A stretch of 63,877 nucleotides of DNA, the filler included, from Octopus bimaculoides (taxonomy: Eukaryota), in the NCBI RefSeq assembly GCF_001194135.2. It is 5 parts of 5 records of this genome, joined end to end, with 100 filler letters (N's around TTAATTAATTAA, not from the genome) between each part and the next. Parts side by side here need not be neighbours in the genome. Positions count along the whole stretch, not along the records: positions 1 to 25,779 come from NC_068997.1; 4 more parts are not named here. One strand, given 5' to 3'. How positions within the stretch are numbered: the stretch's first letter is position 1; every line of letters starts with the position of its first letter. Positions 12,732-24,809 of the stretch are shown one piece after another. The notes under the pieces were generated by a model. The model ran no database searches. It saw nothing but the letters and a program-made list of their open reading frames with translations, and was not told where the DNA came from. The position numbers and the translations under genes were made by a program.

Positions 12732-14189
12732 GTTGGTTTTAAAAGTGTTTTAGAAAGTCAGTTTAATGCAAGTAAGTTTACTTTTTTACTTATATTTCAA
12801 TAATTCAGGGTTAAAACCCCTTTATCAATTTAAAATGGTGGATGGTGCTAAGCTGATATCTTTTGTGCAGAAAAATGAAGATAAGAGGAGGATGTTTACA
12901 ATCTATTGGTATTGTTACGATGGCCAATGAGTTTCATGCAGTTAATCTCTATTTTTGATAAATGGATTTAATCTATTAATGAGGTTGACCCCTTTAATCC
13001 ACGAATTTCCTATGTTCCTTCCATTCACTGATTTTGATAATGACTAATGTCTTTGGTATAATGTTTCTCCAGATGTTCTTTTAATGCAAGAGGGAATTGT
13101 TTGGATATGCTCTTCAATACAGCTTTCCAGATTAATGTAGTTTGTAGACTGTGCTCCTTTTATTGAAACTACTATATTTATTGAAAACTACATAATAACA
13201 CCATGTAAGTCCTGAAATACACAATGTTAATAGAGCAGCTGACTATTGTGCATATATTGCTGTTATTTACAGGCCAGTCACCAGGCAGTTATTTTTTAAT
13301 GTGGGCCCAAAATATGTCAGTTTTGTGTTAATCTCCTCCCTGAGGATTGCACTAGTGGAAAGGATGTGTTATCATTGGAGATTTAATGATATGTTATTGT
13401 CTAGCAAAGGATGTTGTATAGCTGTTAGCCATTAGCATCCTTTAGAACTGCTTAGCATAAGTACATAAACTATTAAATTTTGACCAAAACTTCATTTTAA
13501 CCCAACAGTCCTACAAGCTTAAACATGATATAGATGCTACATTTTGCAGAAAATCTGATTGCTTAAAATGGATGTCAGCTTACTTATCTCTACTAGGTTT
13601 CCAACCAATATGGACAGATCTGCTTTTCTCTCAATTGATGAGAGGCATGGTACAGTGAATAAAAGAAGAAATGACTGAGCAATGAATGGTATCAAATAGG
13701 CAAGAGGGGTAGTAGATGGTGACCTAGCAGGTATAAACTGACAAAGTGCAGATGTAGATATTTAATATACATTCCAGTTTCTATTACTTCCCCTCACCAT
13801 TTTAATGTATATTTCATCATGCATGGTTGTTTGCCATTTCCATTGTGAGACAAAACTACTTGAGATCATGTCTTCTTCAGCTTCCCTTTTCCGCAGGTTT
13901 CATTCACTTTCAACACTTGGCACTTCCTTATGCAGCTCTCCTCCTTCATGTGCATCACATGCCCATACCAGTACTGTCTTCTCTCTTGCACACTATCTAA
14001 TTTCTCTTTTAATCACAGACCTATGACTGTACCCATATTTTTATCTACTCCTTCTTTGTTTTTGATACTCTTAATTATTTCTTTCCTTAGTAATTCTTTA
14101 TTGTCTCTTTTAATATTTACATTTTAGCCAATTAGTGGTTTTGTTTTGATTTTATTGATCATGAGATAATTGTTCAAATTTCATTCCAG

Positions 14190-14397
14190 GTGAAAATGCA
14201 ACGCAATAAAGTTGATATTCTGGTTGATTTTCCAATGTGGAGTTTAGATCTCAGTCAGTATTTGGTAAATTCTAGTAAATGGAATCAGCATATGCATGAT
14301 GGCTATTCTTCAACTTTTGATGAAAGCCTTAGAGATGTTTATGATTTGTTTGCTGTATGCAACCACTATGGAAATATGATTGGAGGTCATTACACAG
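14190..14397 (+). CDS. USP31: USP31/USP43-like exon with catalytic His box (208 nt, phase 0/1)
   Basis: TTTCATTCCAG acceptor; G|GTAAGT donor at 14398. Encodes VKMQRNKVDILVDFPMWSLDLSQY...YDLFAVCNHYGNMIGGHYT. In frame with the previous exon. Confidence 0.93.
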
Positions 14398-14519
14398 GTA
14401 AGTTATATTTTATAACTATTTCTTCATTTGGAACTTATTAATTTTTTAAAGTTGATATTAACTTTCATGAATGATGGAGCACAAGTGAGTTGGGATAGTG
14501 GTTGGGTATTTTAAAAGCA

Positions 14520-14810
14520 TCTGTAACCTAATTTAGGAGGCTCTCATGCCAGATAGGGTTGAATGCTTTGCTGATGTCAAGTATAAGAAATTGTCTTTCC
14601 TGAAGTGAGTGGGTAGAATTCTATATTAGATCTGGATATTTGTAAGTCATAGTATTCATCATAGAGATTAAGAAGAAACATTTTAATTTTGGTATGTTGG
14701 AAGGCTCTTGGTCAGTAATTGGAAGGATCAGAAATGTTTCCCTTCCTAACGATGTGATGTGTTGTAATGTGTTTTCACAAAGACTGGGATAGTTCTTTGT
14801 AAAGTTCAAA
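14520..14810 (-). mobile_element. Old LINE RT fragment (Jockey/I-group-like)
   Basis: Minus strand reads ...GNISDPSNY*P and LILDISKAFNPIWHESLLN, decayed versions of SDPSNYRPI and LDISKAFDRVWH. Confidence 0.55.
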
Positions 14811-15224
14811 TAAGAAAAAAGTTGTAATCACTTTACTAGCCTTCCCACTCTTACTATTACTGTAATGATTATTTCTTTTGAGATGCTAGCTCAGCAAGAT
14901 GCACAGCTTTTGCTCTTTAGAAATGTATTTTTCATGAATACTAAATAAACCACATAGTATTTTTGTCATTTTCTTATTAAATAATGGAACTTTAACCACA
15001 TTGTTTACATTGATGTATTTATATATGAAACATTGTAACTTACAGAACTGGCTCTGAATTCTGTAGAAAATCTATAGAAATAAACTTAAAAATGAGAATA
15101 TCACATTGCTAGCACAAAAAGTAAAACACAATATTAACTTGTAAACCTTTAATATACTTGGTTGTAAATTATGGTTGCCAAATGAAATATTGTGTCCTTG
15201 CTAGCAATTAATATTTATGTAAGT

Positions 15225-16780
15225 GCAAGCTATGGACACATACAAGAGGTGCAGTGAAATAATAGGACGGTATCCGAGAAGTTAGTGTTTGTATGTGGAA
15301 GATGCACAGGAGGCATAAAAACTACAGATACTTGGGAAATCAGTTCCCTCAAATATTCCGGAAGCTCCTAAGAGGCAGTGGTTAATTTCTGCTACCTAGG
15401 GGAGCTTTTACCTCTGTTGGCAATCAAAGGTCACTCTCTCCAAATGAAAGTAAGATTGTATGAGGCATGTATATTAGGGTGGAGTGAAAATAAAACATTG
15501 TGAAAATTGAAAATGCCTGAGGGCTAAAATGTTGCTATATTTCATTACTAGAAAAATGCTAAATTTTTGCTGATATCAATCAAGAGCATTTGCTCCCTCA
15601 AGCCCCCTAAACTCCGAAAATGGGGGATTTTTGTAAATTTTTTACAATAGTGGAGTTTTGGAGGTTTGAGGAAGTAAATGCCTTTGACTGATCTAAGAAA
15701 AAATATTGCATTTTTCTAGTAATAATATATAGCAAGATTTTAGACTTCAGACATTTTCAATTTCCACAATTTTTTATTTTCACTCCACGCTAACACACTT
15801 GTATGTGTGTGCAGGTATATAAATTGTGTAATCTAGGGTGGAGTGAAAATTAAAATTTGTGGAAATTAAAAATGCCTGAGGTCTAAAATCTTGCTATATA
15901 TTATTACTAGAAAAATGCTAAATTTTCACTTAGATCAGTCAAGGCATTTATTCCCTCAAACCCCACAAACTCTGCTCTTGTAAATAATTTACAAAAATCC
16001 CCCATTTTCAAAACTATGGGGATCTGAGGGAGTAAATGCCTTTGATCTCAGCAAAAATTTGGCATTTTTCTAGTAATCAAATATAGCAACTTTTTAGCTC
16101 TCAAGTATTTTCAATTTTCACAGGTTTTTCTTAAATATTTTTGCTCCACCCTAATGTATATGAACAGCAGTGTTACATGGTAGTAAGATGTGAACTCTGA
16201 ATGCAGAAGATTAGAGAGGAATGAAGCTAGTATGCTCCACTGGATGTGCAATATCAGTGTATATGAGCAACAGAGTGCTAGTGTATTGAGAGAAAAATTT
16301 GGCATAAGAGGAATGTGATACATATGGGTGTAGACAATTGCATAAAAAAGTGTCGAACACTTAAAGTGGATGGAAATTATGGAAGAGAGAGACCCAAAGA
16401 AACATGGGATGAAGGATTGAAGGCTGATCTCAAGAGGCTGAGCATCACAAAGGAGATGACAAAGAACCAAGATAACTGGCGCCTTGGTGTACTCAAGAAG
16501 ACCAGTCCACCAAAGCTACTGCCACATAAGCACTGGTGCTAGTACCACATAAAAAGCACTGGTGTAGATACCACATAAAAAGCACTTATGTTGATACCAC
16601 ATTAAAAGCACCCATTACACCCTGTAGAGTGGTTGGCATTAGCAAGGCCCTCCAGCCATAGAAACCATACCAGAACAGACAATGGATCCTGATGCAGCTC
16701 ACAGCCTTACCTACTCCTATCAAGCCAGCCAACCCATGCCAGCATGGAAAACAAACATTAAATAATGATGATGATGTTAA
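15225..16780 (+). mobile_element. Decayed RTE 3' fragment (split by a hAT MITE dimer), with tail at ~16760-16775
   Basis: RTE C-terminal peptides on both sides of the insert (LLAIKGHSL..KVRLYEAC; ERNEASMLHWMCNISV; GRERPKETWDE) and a degenerate CCATGCCAGCATGGAAAAC..ATGATGATG end. Confidence 0.8.
15475..16153. mobile_element. hAT-type non-autonomous element made of two tandem fold-back MITE units (15475-15792, 15834-16153)
   Basis: TAGGGTGGAG...CTCCACCCTA termini. The 8-bp TSD ATGTATAT lies at 15467-15474 and 16154-16161. Each unit is an almost end-to-end inverted repeat. Confidence 0.85.
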
Positions 16781-17650
16781 TGTTGTACCAATATATAAAT
16801 TGGTCTATCCAATAGTGTTACACCACTAAACTTAATGGATATTTAAGCAATGTGTGCATGGATAGTTGATGGGTTGGATGTGATGCTGATGAAAAAACAA
16901 TAACTCTTGAAATATATATATATACACCCATTACCCTTCTTTTTTTTTACCTTCAATCGCATTGTTTAAATAGATGTATTCATATACAAAACGTCATAAT
17001 CTTCAGTGTTGGCTCTGAAATCTATAGAGATAAACTTTAAAATTTAATAAATAGATAAAATTTTAGCCGTGAAACAGAATTTTGCTTTGCAGATATAATA
17101 TTTCTGAATTGAAAAATTGGGAAAAATGATGGCAAAACATTTTTCTGTACAAAATGCAATAAATAAAAACATAATTATACTGTAGATATTTTTCTTGTTC
17201 TACTTATTGGAGATGTGTGAGCACAAGTTAAAATCCTTTTCTTTATACTGGCTGCATTTGAACCAAATACATTAAAAAAGTAAAGTTAGCTTATTTTTTC
17301 TAATCAGTTCCATTCTATGGTATATAAGTGCTTTAATGAAACACAAGTGCAGACATCTATTGCTATTCTATAAATGAAAAATAGAAATACTAGTAAACAT
17401 TTTCTTTGTGATAAATGCCTATATAAAATACATACTTTAAAAAACTGTTTACTTTGAGAACAAGAGAACTATGATGTTTGTCATGTTGTCTAAGATTTTG
17501 CACTCCTAAATTCTAATATGTTTAGTAATAAAGATTTCTTAATTATAGTTGTTTAACTCCAAATCAGTTTTAATTGAGCAAACATAATTAAAAACATTCC
17601 ATTTCTTTCTAACATGATACATGTAGGGTTACATCTTGTAGTGTGTCTCT

Positions 17651-18050
17651 CTTTTATCTTTTACTTGTTTCAGTCATTTTGACTGCGATCATGCTGGGGC
17701 ACCACCTTGAAGGTTTTAGTCAAACAAATCAACCTCAGGACTTAATTTTTAAAGCCTGGTACTTATTCCATCGGTCTCTTTTGTTAAACCACTAAGTTAC
17801 AGGGGTATAAACACATCAACACTGGTTGTTGAGCAATGGTGGGAGACAAATACAGATACAAAGACACATATATATATATATATACATATGGTGAGTTTCT
17901 TTCAGTTTCTATCTCCCAAATACACTCACAAGGCTTTGGTTAGTCCAAGGTTATACTAGAAGATACTAGCTCAATGTGCCACACAGCAGAACTGGACCCA
18001 AAACAATATGGTTGGGAAGCAAACTTCTTACTACATAGTCACACCTGTGT
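17651..18050 (-). mobile_element. tRNA-derived SINE, family 1 (full length, decayed)
   Basis: Reverse complement of the copy at 18727-19115: tRNA-like head, central (TA/TG)n and AT-rich end. Confidence 0.7.
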
Positions 18051-18726
18051 CCTTCTTTTTTTCAAAATAGTAGGTTGTAATTTGGGAGAGATGTAATTGT
18101 TATTTCTAGCAGGTCAAGTAACTGTATATCTACTCAACTAATTTAACTGATTTCATTTTCATTAGTGTGTCTCTTCTAATTTATTTGATTACGGTCTGGA
18201 TGGAAGTGTGTATTGTCTGTGTGTTTGTTTATTTTATGATTGATTTTTGTAAAGTGTTTAACAATGATTGTCATTCAATATAAATCTAAAGATGTGATAC
18301 AATGGTCTATTACAAAATTTATTGATTCTATAAGCATTTCTATATTAGAATTTACTGTGCAGTTTTTGGTTTAGAATGATCTTCAACTGGTGGGTAGGAT
18401 ATTTCTTTGGATTTTATTTGGTGTATAGTCATGTGTGTTACTGTGGTAGTGTGTATTTATTTGTTCATCTATTTCAATTTTATCAATGTTAATCCCATCT
18501 TTTGTAGTATGATTCTTGGATACCTCTATAACTATCTTGATTATATGTACCAGTTGATATTTGTTTGTTGTTTTTTGTTTTGTTTTTTTAATTTTGATAC
18601 GGTGGTTGTGAATGTTATTGATGCATCTGATGAAAATCAAACCAACCAAATTTAAAAAGGGAGGACATTATAATGGCCCAGGTTACATTATGCTAGACTA
18701 ATTACTAGTTGAATGATGAAAAGTAA

Positions 18727-19115
18727 ATTGCCTTGTGGTTAAGAAGCTCATTTTGCAACCACATGGTTTCAGGTTCAGTCACACTTGCACTTTGGGCAAG
18801 TGTCTTCTGTTATAGCTTCAGGCCAACCAAAGCCTTGTAAGTGAATTTGTTAGACAGAAACTGTTTTTAAGCCTATTATATATGTCTTTGTATTTTTGTT
18901 TACATTTTGTGTCTTTGTATTTTTATTTGTCCCCCACCACTGCTCAACAACTGGTGTTGGTGTATTTACATCCCTGTAATTTAGCAGTTCAGTGAAAGAG
19001 ACTGATAGAATAAGTACCAGGCTTTAACAAAAAATGAGTACTGGGATTGATTCATTCAACTAAAATTTTTCATGGCAGTGTTCCAACATAGCCACAGTGA
19101 TGACTGAAACAAGTA
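18727..19115 (+). mobile_element. tRNA-derived SINE, family 1
   Basis: Head TTGTGGTTAAGAAGC...GGTTCAGTC (A/B-box-like), CTTTGGGCAAGTGTCTTCT body, central microsatellite. Homologous pieces at 27016-27180, 27660-27890, 50845-51000 and 63690-63830. Confidence 0.7.
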
Positions 19116-19265
19116 AGCGGAAAAATTCTGAAATGAATTATGCATTTCAATTCACTAAATATTTTACTTTCAATATATTCTTAAGTTCAGTAAATGTGGA
19201 TTTATTTAAATATGTTTTTGTGTTTTTTTTTTTTTGGTTTTTTTTTTGTCTTTGTTCATTTTCAG

Positions 19266-19801
19266 CATTCTGCAAAAATCCTGTGGATGGTTCTTGGTAT
19301 CAGTTTGATGACACTCAAGTAAAACCAATTTCAAAAAAGGAGGTTGTAACAAAAGCAGCTTATTTATTGTTTTATCAGCATCGTGGGTTATTTAAGCATC
19401 AGAAGGATGAGTTGCTAACTGGAACACATTGGATATGTACTTTACATGGTGCATCTTCAAGCTTAGATTGTCCATCAGATCCTCCTCCAAGAACAACTAG
19501 TTACTCAATATACCAAAGTCCAGCACTGTCATCCAATCAAACATCATCCTGTCTGCCAGATTCTGCAGTAAGAATAAACCCTTATGATCATCCATGTTCA
19601 TCTCCTCCTGTACATTTTGTTAACAGTACAACATTTCAGAGTACTCGTGGGATCCAAAAAATTCATACCAACAGCAGTAATTGTAGCCAACAGTCACTTA
19701 AAACATCTGAGGAAGAACGCAGTTTTAAAATATCTGCAGAAGGACATCAGAATCAGAAAACCAGTAAGATTGTACTTCATTTTAACTTCAAATGCTTTTG
19801 A
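19266..19801 (+). CDS. USP31: USP31/USP43-like exon with the catalytic Asp region and a Ser/Pro-rich tail; ends either at donor 19764 or at stop 19799-19801
   Basis: Long T tract plus TTTTCAG acceptor; G|CA completes Ala. Encodes AFCKNPVDGSWYQFDDTQVKPISKKEVVTKAAYLLFYQ..., then GTHWI. A candidate A|GTAAGA donor lies at 19763/19764, so the 3' boundary is uncertain. Confidence 0.88.
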
Positions 19802-19833
19802 TTTCATTGTATATAGATATATATAAATATGTA

Positions 19834-19866
<33 letters not shown>

Positions 19867-20155
19867 ATCATCATCATCATCATCATCGTTTGATGTCCAC
19901 TTTCCATGCTGGCATGGGTTGGATGGTTTGACTGGGGACTGAGCCAGATGGCTGCACCAAGCTCCAATCTGATCTGGCAGAGTTTCTACAGCTGGATGCC
20001 CTTCCTAACACCAACCACTCCGAGAGTGTAGTGAGTGTTTTTACATGCCACTGATATGGGGGCCAGTCAGGCGGTACTGGCAACGGTCACGCTCAAATCG
20101 TGTTTTAACGTGTCACCTGCACATGAGCCAGTCCAGTGGCACTGGCAACGCCCTC
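19867..20155 (-). mobile_element. RTE 3'-end fragment (tail and 3' UTR), truncated by gap
   Basis: (CAT)n followed by CGTTTGATGTCCACTTTCCATGCTGGCATGG...GAGTTTCTACAGCTGGATGCCCTTCC, same as the other RTE tails. Confidence 0.85.
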
Positions 20156-20845
20156 NNNNNNNNNNNNNNNNNNNNNNNNNNNNNNNNNNNNNNNNNNNNN
20201 NNNNNNNNNNNNNNNNNNNNNNNNNNNNNNNNNNNNNNNNNNNNNNNNNNNNNNNNNNNNNNNNNNNNNNNNNNNNNNNNNNNNNNNNNNNNNNNNNNNN
20301 NNNNNNNNNNNNNNNNNNNNNNNNNNNNNNNNNNNNNNNNNNNNNNNNNNNNNNNNNNNNNNNNNNNNNNNNNNNNNNNNNNNNNNNNNNNNNNNNNNNN
20401 NNNNNNNNNNNNNNNNNNNNNNNNNNNNNNNNNNNNNNNNNNNNNNNNNNNNNNNNNNNNNNNNNNNNNNNNNNNNNNNNNNNNNNNNNNNNNNNNNNNN
20501 NNNNNNNNNNNNNNNNNNNNNNNNNNNNNNNNNNNNNNNNNNNNNNNNNNNNNNNNNNNNNNNNNNNNNNNNNNNNNNNNNNNNNNNNNNNNNNNNNNNN
20601 NNNNNNNNNNNNNNNNNNNNNNNNNNNNNNNNNNNNNNNNNNNNNNNNNNNNNNNNNNNNNNNNNNNNNNNNNNNNNNNNNNNNNNNNNNNNNNNNNNNN
20701 NNNNNNNNNNNNNNNNNNNNNNNNNNNNNNNNNNNNNNNNNNNNNNNNNNNNNNNNNNNNNNNNNNNNNNNNNNNNNNNNNNNNNNNNNNNNNNNNNNNN
20801 NNNNNNNNNNNNNNNNNNNNNNNNNNNNNNNNNNNNNNNNNNNNT

Positions 20846-21298
20846 TGTGTTCATATATGGGCCGGTATGGGAACGAGGTTTGCTCCAGTTTATGTGAACT
20901 CGGTGATGGGTTACTTGGAACAAAAACTCTACCAGGAAATAGAAGAGAGATATAACACCGAATTTAGGAAGTTTATAGGAAAAGCATGGAAGAGATACCT
21001 GGACAATTGCTTTATAATCTGGACCAAACCTCAAAGCACTGTGGAAGAATTCAACACCCTCCTGAACAACCTACACCCATCCATCCAATTTACAAAGGAG
21101 ATGAGCAGTAGCAAATTACCATTTCTAGATATAATGGTAGTTAAAAGGGACACCACCATTACCACAGATATATATTACAAACCCACAGACACACACCAAT
21201 ACTTGAACTTTAAATTGTGCCATCCACCCCATACAAAACGCAACATTCCATACTGCCTAGCCAGGAGAATATGTACTATTGTAGAGGATATAGAGACC
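20846..21298 (+). mobile_element. Penelope-like element RT fragment
   Basis: GMGTRFAPVYVNSVMGYLE, WKRYLDNCFIIW, LNNLHPSIQFT, LPFLDIMV, DIYYKPTDTHQYL and HPPHTKRNIPY are PLE RT and thumb motifs. Confidence 0.88.
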
Positions 21299-22258
21299 AG
21301 ATTGGCACAGATTGGTTAGAACTATTCGATTTATGGCCCCTCCCCATAAATCTTTACTGCAGTAACATAGATGGTTGTCCCATTAAAAACAAGTCTTCAG
21401 AAGAACTGAAGAAAAAATTGAAAAAGATGTTCCCGCTAGTGTTATCAGAGGATTTAGGTCTATGTAGAAAGACAGAAGCCTATTTCCAAGTAAGTGAAAA
21501 CACTGTACCTGTAGTTAAAGGAAACCGAAAAGTACTGTTCACAGCCATTGAAACCATAAATGAAGAGTTGGACGGACTCACTCGAAGTGAATGGCACCCA
21601 CAATATGTGTTTAAAAAATTAATAAGATTAGGCTGTGTGCCAATTACTCGACAGGATTGAGCAACTGCTTAAAAACATACCACTACCAATCCTGACTGCA
21701 AAGGACATTTTTTCAAAATTAAATGGTCAAAAAGATTTTCAAAATTAGATCTGTCTTAAACCTATTTACAGATAAAAGTATTTGACCATAAATACACACA
21801 GAGGATACACATAATTACCATTTGGATTAAAAGTAGCACCAGCAATATTCCAGCATATCATGGACACTATGTTATCTGATTGTGGATTTGCAATCCCGTA
21901 CTTGGACAATATTTTGATTAAGAGTAATTCTCGTGAACAGTATGTGGAACACCTAAAAGCTGTGTTTAAGAAAATTGAAGTTTTCGTGAATTCTTTCAAC
22001 TTCCAATTAAGTACTTAGGGTAAATAATTGATAAAAGTGGTAGAAGTTCTGACCTGTCGAGGGCAGACTCAATAAGGAATATGCCTGCACTTACAAATAT
22101 TCCAACTTTACAAGCATTTCTTGGGTTGGCAAACTATTATCAAAACTATATTCCTAATATGCACAAGTTAAGAGTTCCATTGAACGACATTAAAAAAGGG
22201 AGTAAAGTGGAATAGGTCCACTAAATGCCAGAACACTTTTGAAGAAATAAAAAAATTC

Positions 22259-22877
22259 GGATCTATTTTAAAACGGGGGCCACAGTATTTTCTTAACGAA
22301 ACACTTTGAAACTTGGAACGCTGGTAGAATGTGTCATATAAAACATCTTTTTCTCTTAGTCTTCTTAATAAAAAAAAGAAATCCCTAAGTTATTCCATGT
22401 TAAAGTTGTCATATTTCTGTAATTTCAACCAATCACTGACGTCCATTCAGCCGATATACATTAAGTGCCGACTACATAAACAAACGATTCTGAAACAATT
22501 CTATCGGTGATAAAATTATTATTTCCTTGTCAAAAAATGGCTGAAGCATATTGGCAGTAGCTAANNNNNNNNNNAATAAAACGAAGAAAAAAAAAGAAAA
22601 TGAAAAAAGCAAATAAAACGAAGCTATGGAGATTAAATACGCTTTACACCGCTTAATCAGCCAAAGGAGTAAATGTAAACAACTGAATACTTGTCAGTGA
22701 TTGGTTGAAATTAACAAAATAAGACAATTTTTTACATGAAATAAATTCGAATACAAAAATATTTTTCTGTTCTATAACACAAAATAGATAAGTATATGAA
22801 GTTTGAAAGTCTTTCGGTACCAAAAACACTACGTAAAACATTAATGAAAACTGTGGCCCCCGTTTTAAAATAGATCC
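22259..22877. mobile_element. Non-autonomous DNA transposon (MITE) inserted in the Gypsy pol gene
   Basis: Perfect 28-bp TIR GGATCTATTTTAAAACGGGGGCCACAGT; 8-bp TSD AAAAATTC (22251-22258, 22878-22885). Removing it restores FEEIKKILISDMSLAHYDP. Confidence 0.92.
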
Positions 22878-24493
22878 AAAAATTCTAATCTCAGACATGT
22901 CGTTAGCACATTACGATCCTGAAATGGACATCATTGTAGCGTCTGATTCTTCCAAGCACAGTTTAAGTGCAGTTCTACTTCATAAATACAAAGACGGAAG
23001 CACAAAAACAGTGGTTCATGTTTCGCACTTGCGGCAGAGAAGTGATTTTGTCAAATTGAAAAGGAGGCCATAGCAATTATTTTTACTGTTAAAAAATTTC
23101 ACAAGTTTCTGCGTGGCAAAAGTTTTTTATTGCAAACAGATCATAGACCTTTGTTGTCAATTTATGGATCTAAAAACGGGTTACCAACTCATACTGTGAA
23201 CCACCTGCAACATTGGGGTGTGATATTATTAAATAATAATTTCAAAATGCAATACATTCTATCGAAAAAAATCAGTCATGCAGACTGCCTCTAGAAATTA
23301 ATTCCAAAGAATATGGAACCACTTGGAGAGACTGTTATAGTCAGGCTACAGACAGAAAGTGAAATTAAAAGTGTTACGACAAATGTTATCCAAGAACTAC
23401 CAGTAACAGCACAGGATATAAGAATGAAAGCTGTAGGTGATGAGTATATTATGAACACTAAAGAAGCTTTGAAAAATAAACAGAATAAAAATTCAGATGC
23501 CAGTTTTTCAATTTGGACCAATATTCTGATATATGCCCAAAGGGTGGTGGTTCTAACTACAGTACAAAAGGTGTATTGCAGCAATTTCAAAGCGGACATC
23601 CAGGAATGACAAGGATGAAGGCTCTGATGAGGAGTTATGTCTATTGGCTGTCTATGGACCAAGATACCAAAACCTTGGTGAGAACATGCCAATGTTGCAT
23701 GCTTGCGGCCAAAGTCCCGTCGGTAAAATATCAGTCATGGCCAGAGATGGAGAACCCATGGTCTAGGTTACACATTGACTATGCTGGACTGGGAAATGGT
23801 GCTTACTCCTTTAATCATAGTAGATAGCTGTACTAAGTGGCTGGAAGTTTGCAGGTGCTATAGACCAACCTCTATGCTAGTTTCAGACAACAGAATGCAG
23901 TTCTCTGGGTATGGATTCAAGAACTTCTGTAAAAGGAATGCAATAAAGCATATTTTCACTTCACCCTACCACCTAAGGTCAAATAGGCAGGTAGAAAGAT
24001 TTGTGGACACCTTTAAGAGAGCATTAGGAAAGTGAGGAATGAATTAAGTAACGATGAAGCTCTGACAAATTTCTTAAGAATATACAGAGTGGCCCCCCAA
24101 TCTAAGAACAAATTCAGGGAAGTCTCCCACAGAATTGATGTTTGCAAGCAGAATAAAATCCATTTTGATAAGCTATTACCAGAGAAGAAAAGACGTAAAG
24201 GAAATACAAAAGAGCCAATGAAATATGTTGGGATAGGTGATAAAGTACATATCAAAACCTATAGAAATGGTAAAGAGGGCTGGGAAAATGGCCTTGTTAC
24301 CAGAAAAGTTGTAAGTATGATATATCTTATCAAAAAGTAACACGGTAATAGTCTTGTAAAACCAGCATGAGAAAAAGAAAGCAGACAGAACATCTTAAGA
24401 TAATGTTGAAGTGAAAGAGATACTAAAAAAAAATATGTATATAAATAAAAAATTTCTTTATTCCTTTCGAACACAAAATCTCAAAAGGGGAGA

Positions 24494-24760
24494 CGTTATG
24501 CAAGAGTACAACACCCCTGGCAAGAATGGACTGGACAACTACCTATAAATGGTATCAGTCTGAGTAAGTGAGGTAGTTTGTACTAGTTCCACAGTTCATG
24601 TGTTGAAAGTTGAAAGTTTATAGTTCAAGTTGGCATGTTGGATTGTTGGTTCTTAAAAGATTGTTGTTACATTCCATGTGATTATTGCTGTTTGTTTTGA
24701 TTATATTGTTATTACACTATTGCAATGTATTCATGTATCCATCAAAATATATCAGTAACA
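24494..24760 (+). repeat. 3' LTR (267 bp) of the Gypsy element
   Basis: Follows the polypurine tract AAAAGGGGAGA (24483-24493). Termini (C/T)GTTA...TAACA; TATAAAT at 24544-24550. Confidence 0.7.
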
Positions 24761-24809
24761 GACAGATCTAGAGACAGAAATTGCCATTTATGTATGAGAT
24801 ATATATATA

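Larger units (their letters stand above)
21299..24760 (+). mobile_element. Decayed Ty3/Gypsy LTR retrotransposon (protease end, RT, RNase H, integrase, PPT, 3' LTR); 5' part missing
   Basis: GTDWLELFDLW; YPFGLKVAPAIFQHIMD..FAIPYLDNIL; HYDPEMDIIVASDSS; FLLQTDHRPLL; HPGMTRMKALMRSYVYW..CQCC; PWSRLHIDYAG; VSDNRMQF. Confidence 0.9.

Noticed and set aside
19097-19265. N-terminal part of ORF 19097-19801 (F/V-rich, hydrophobic)
   Set aside because: SINE end plus intronic polypyrimidine tract upstream of the true acceptor; not a signal peptide or transmembrane segment.
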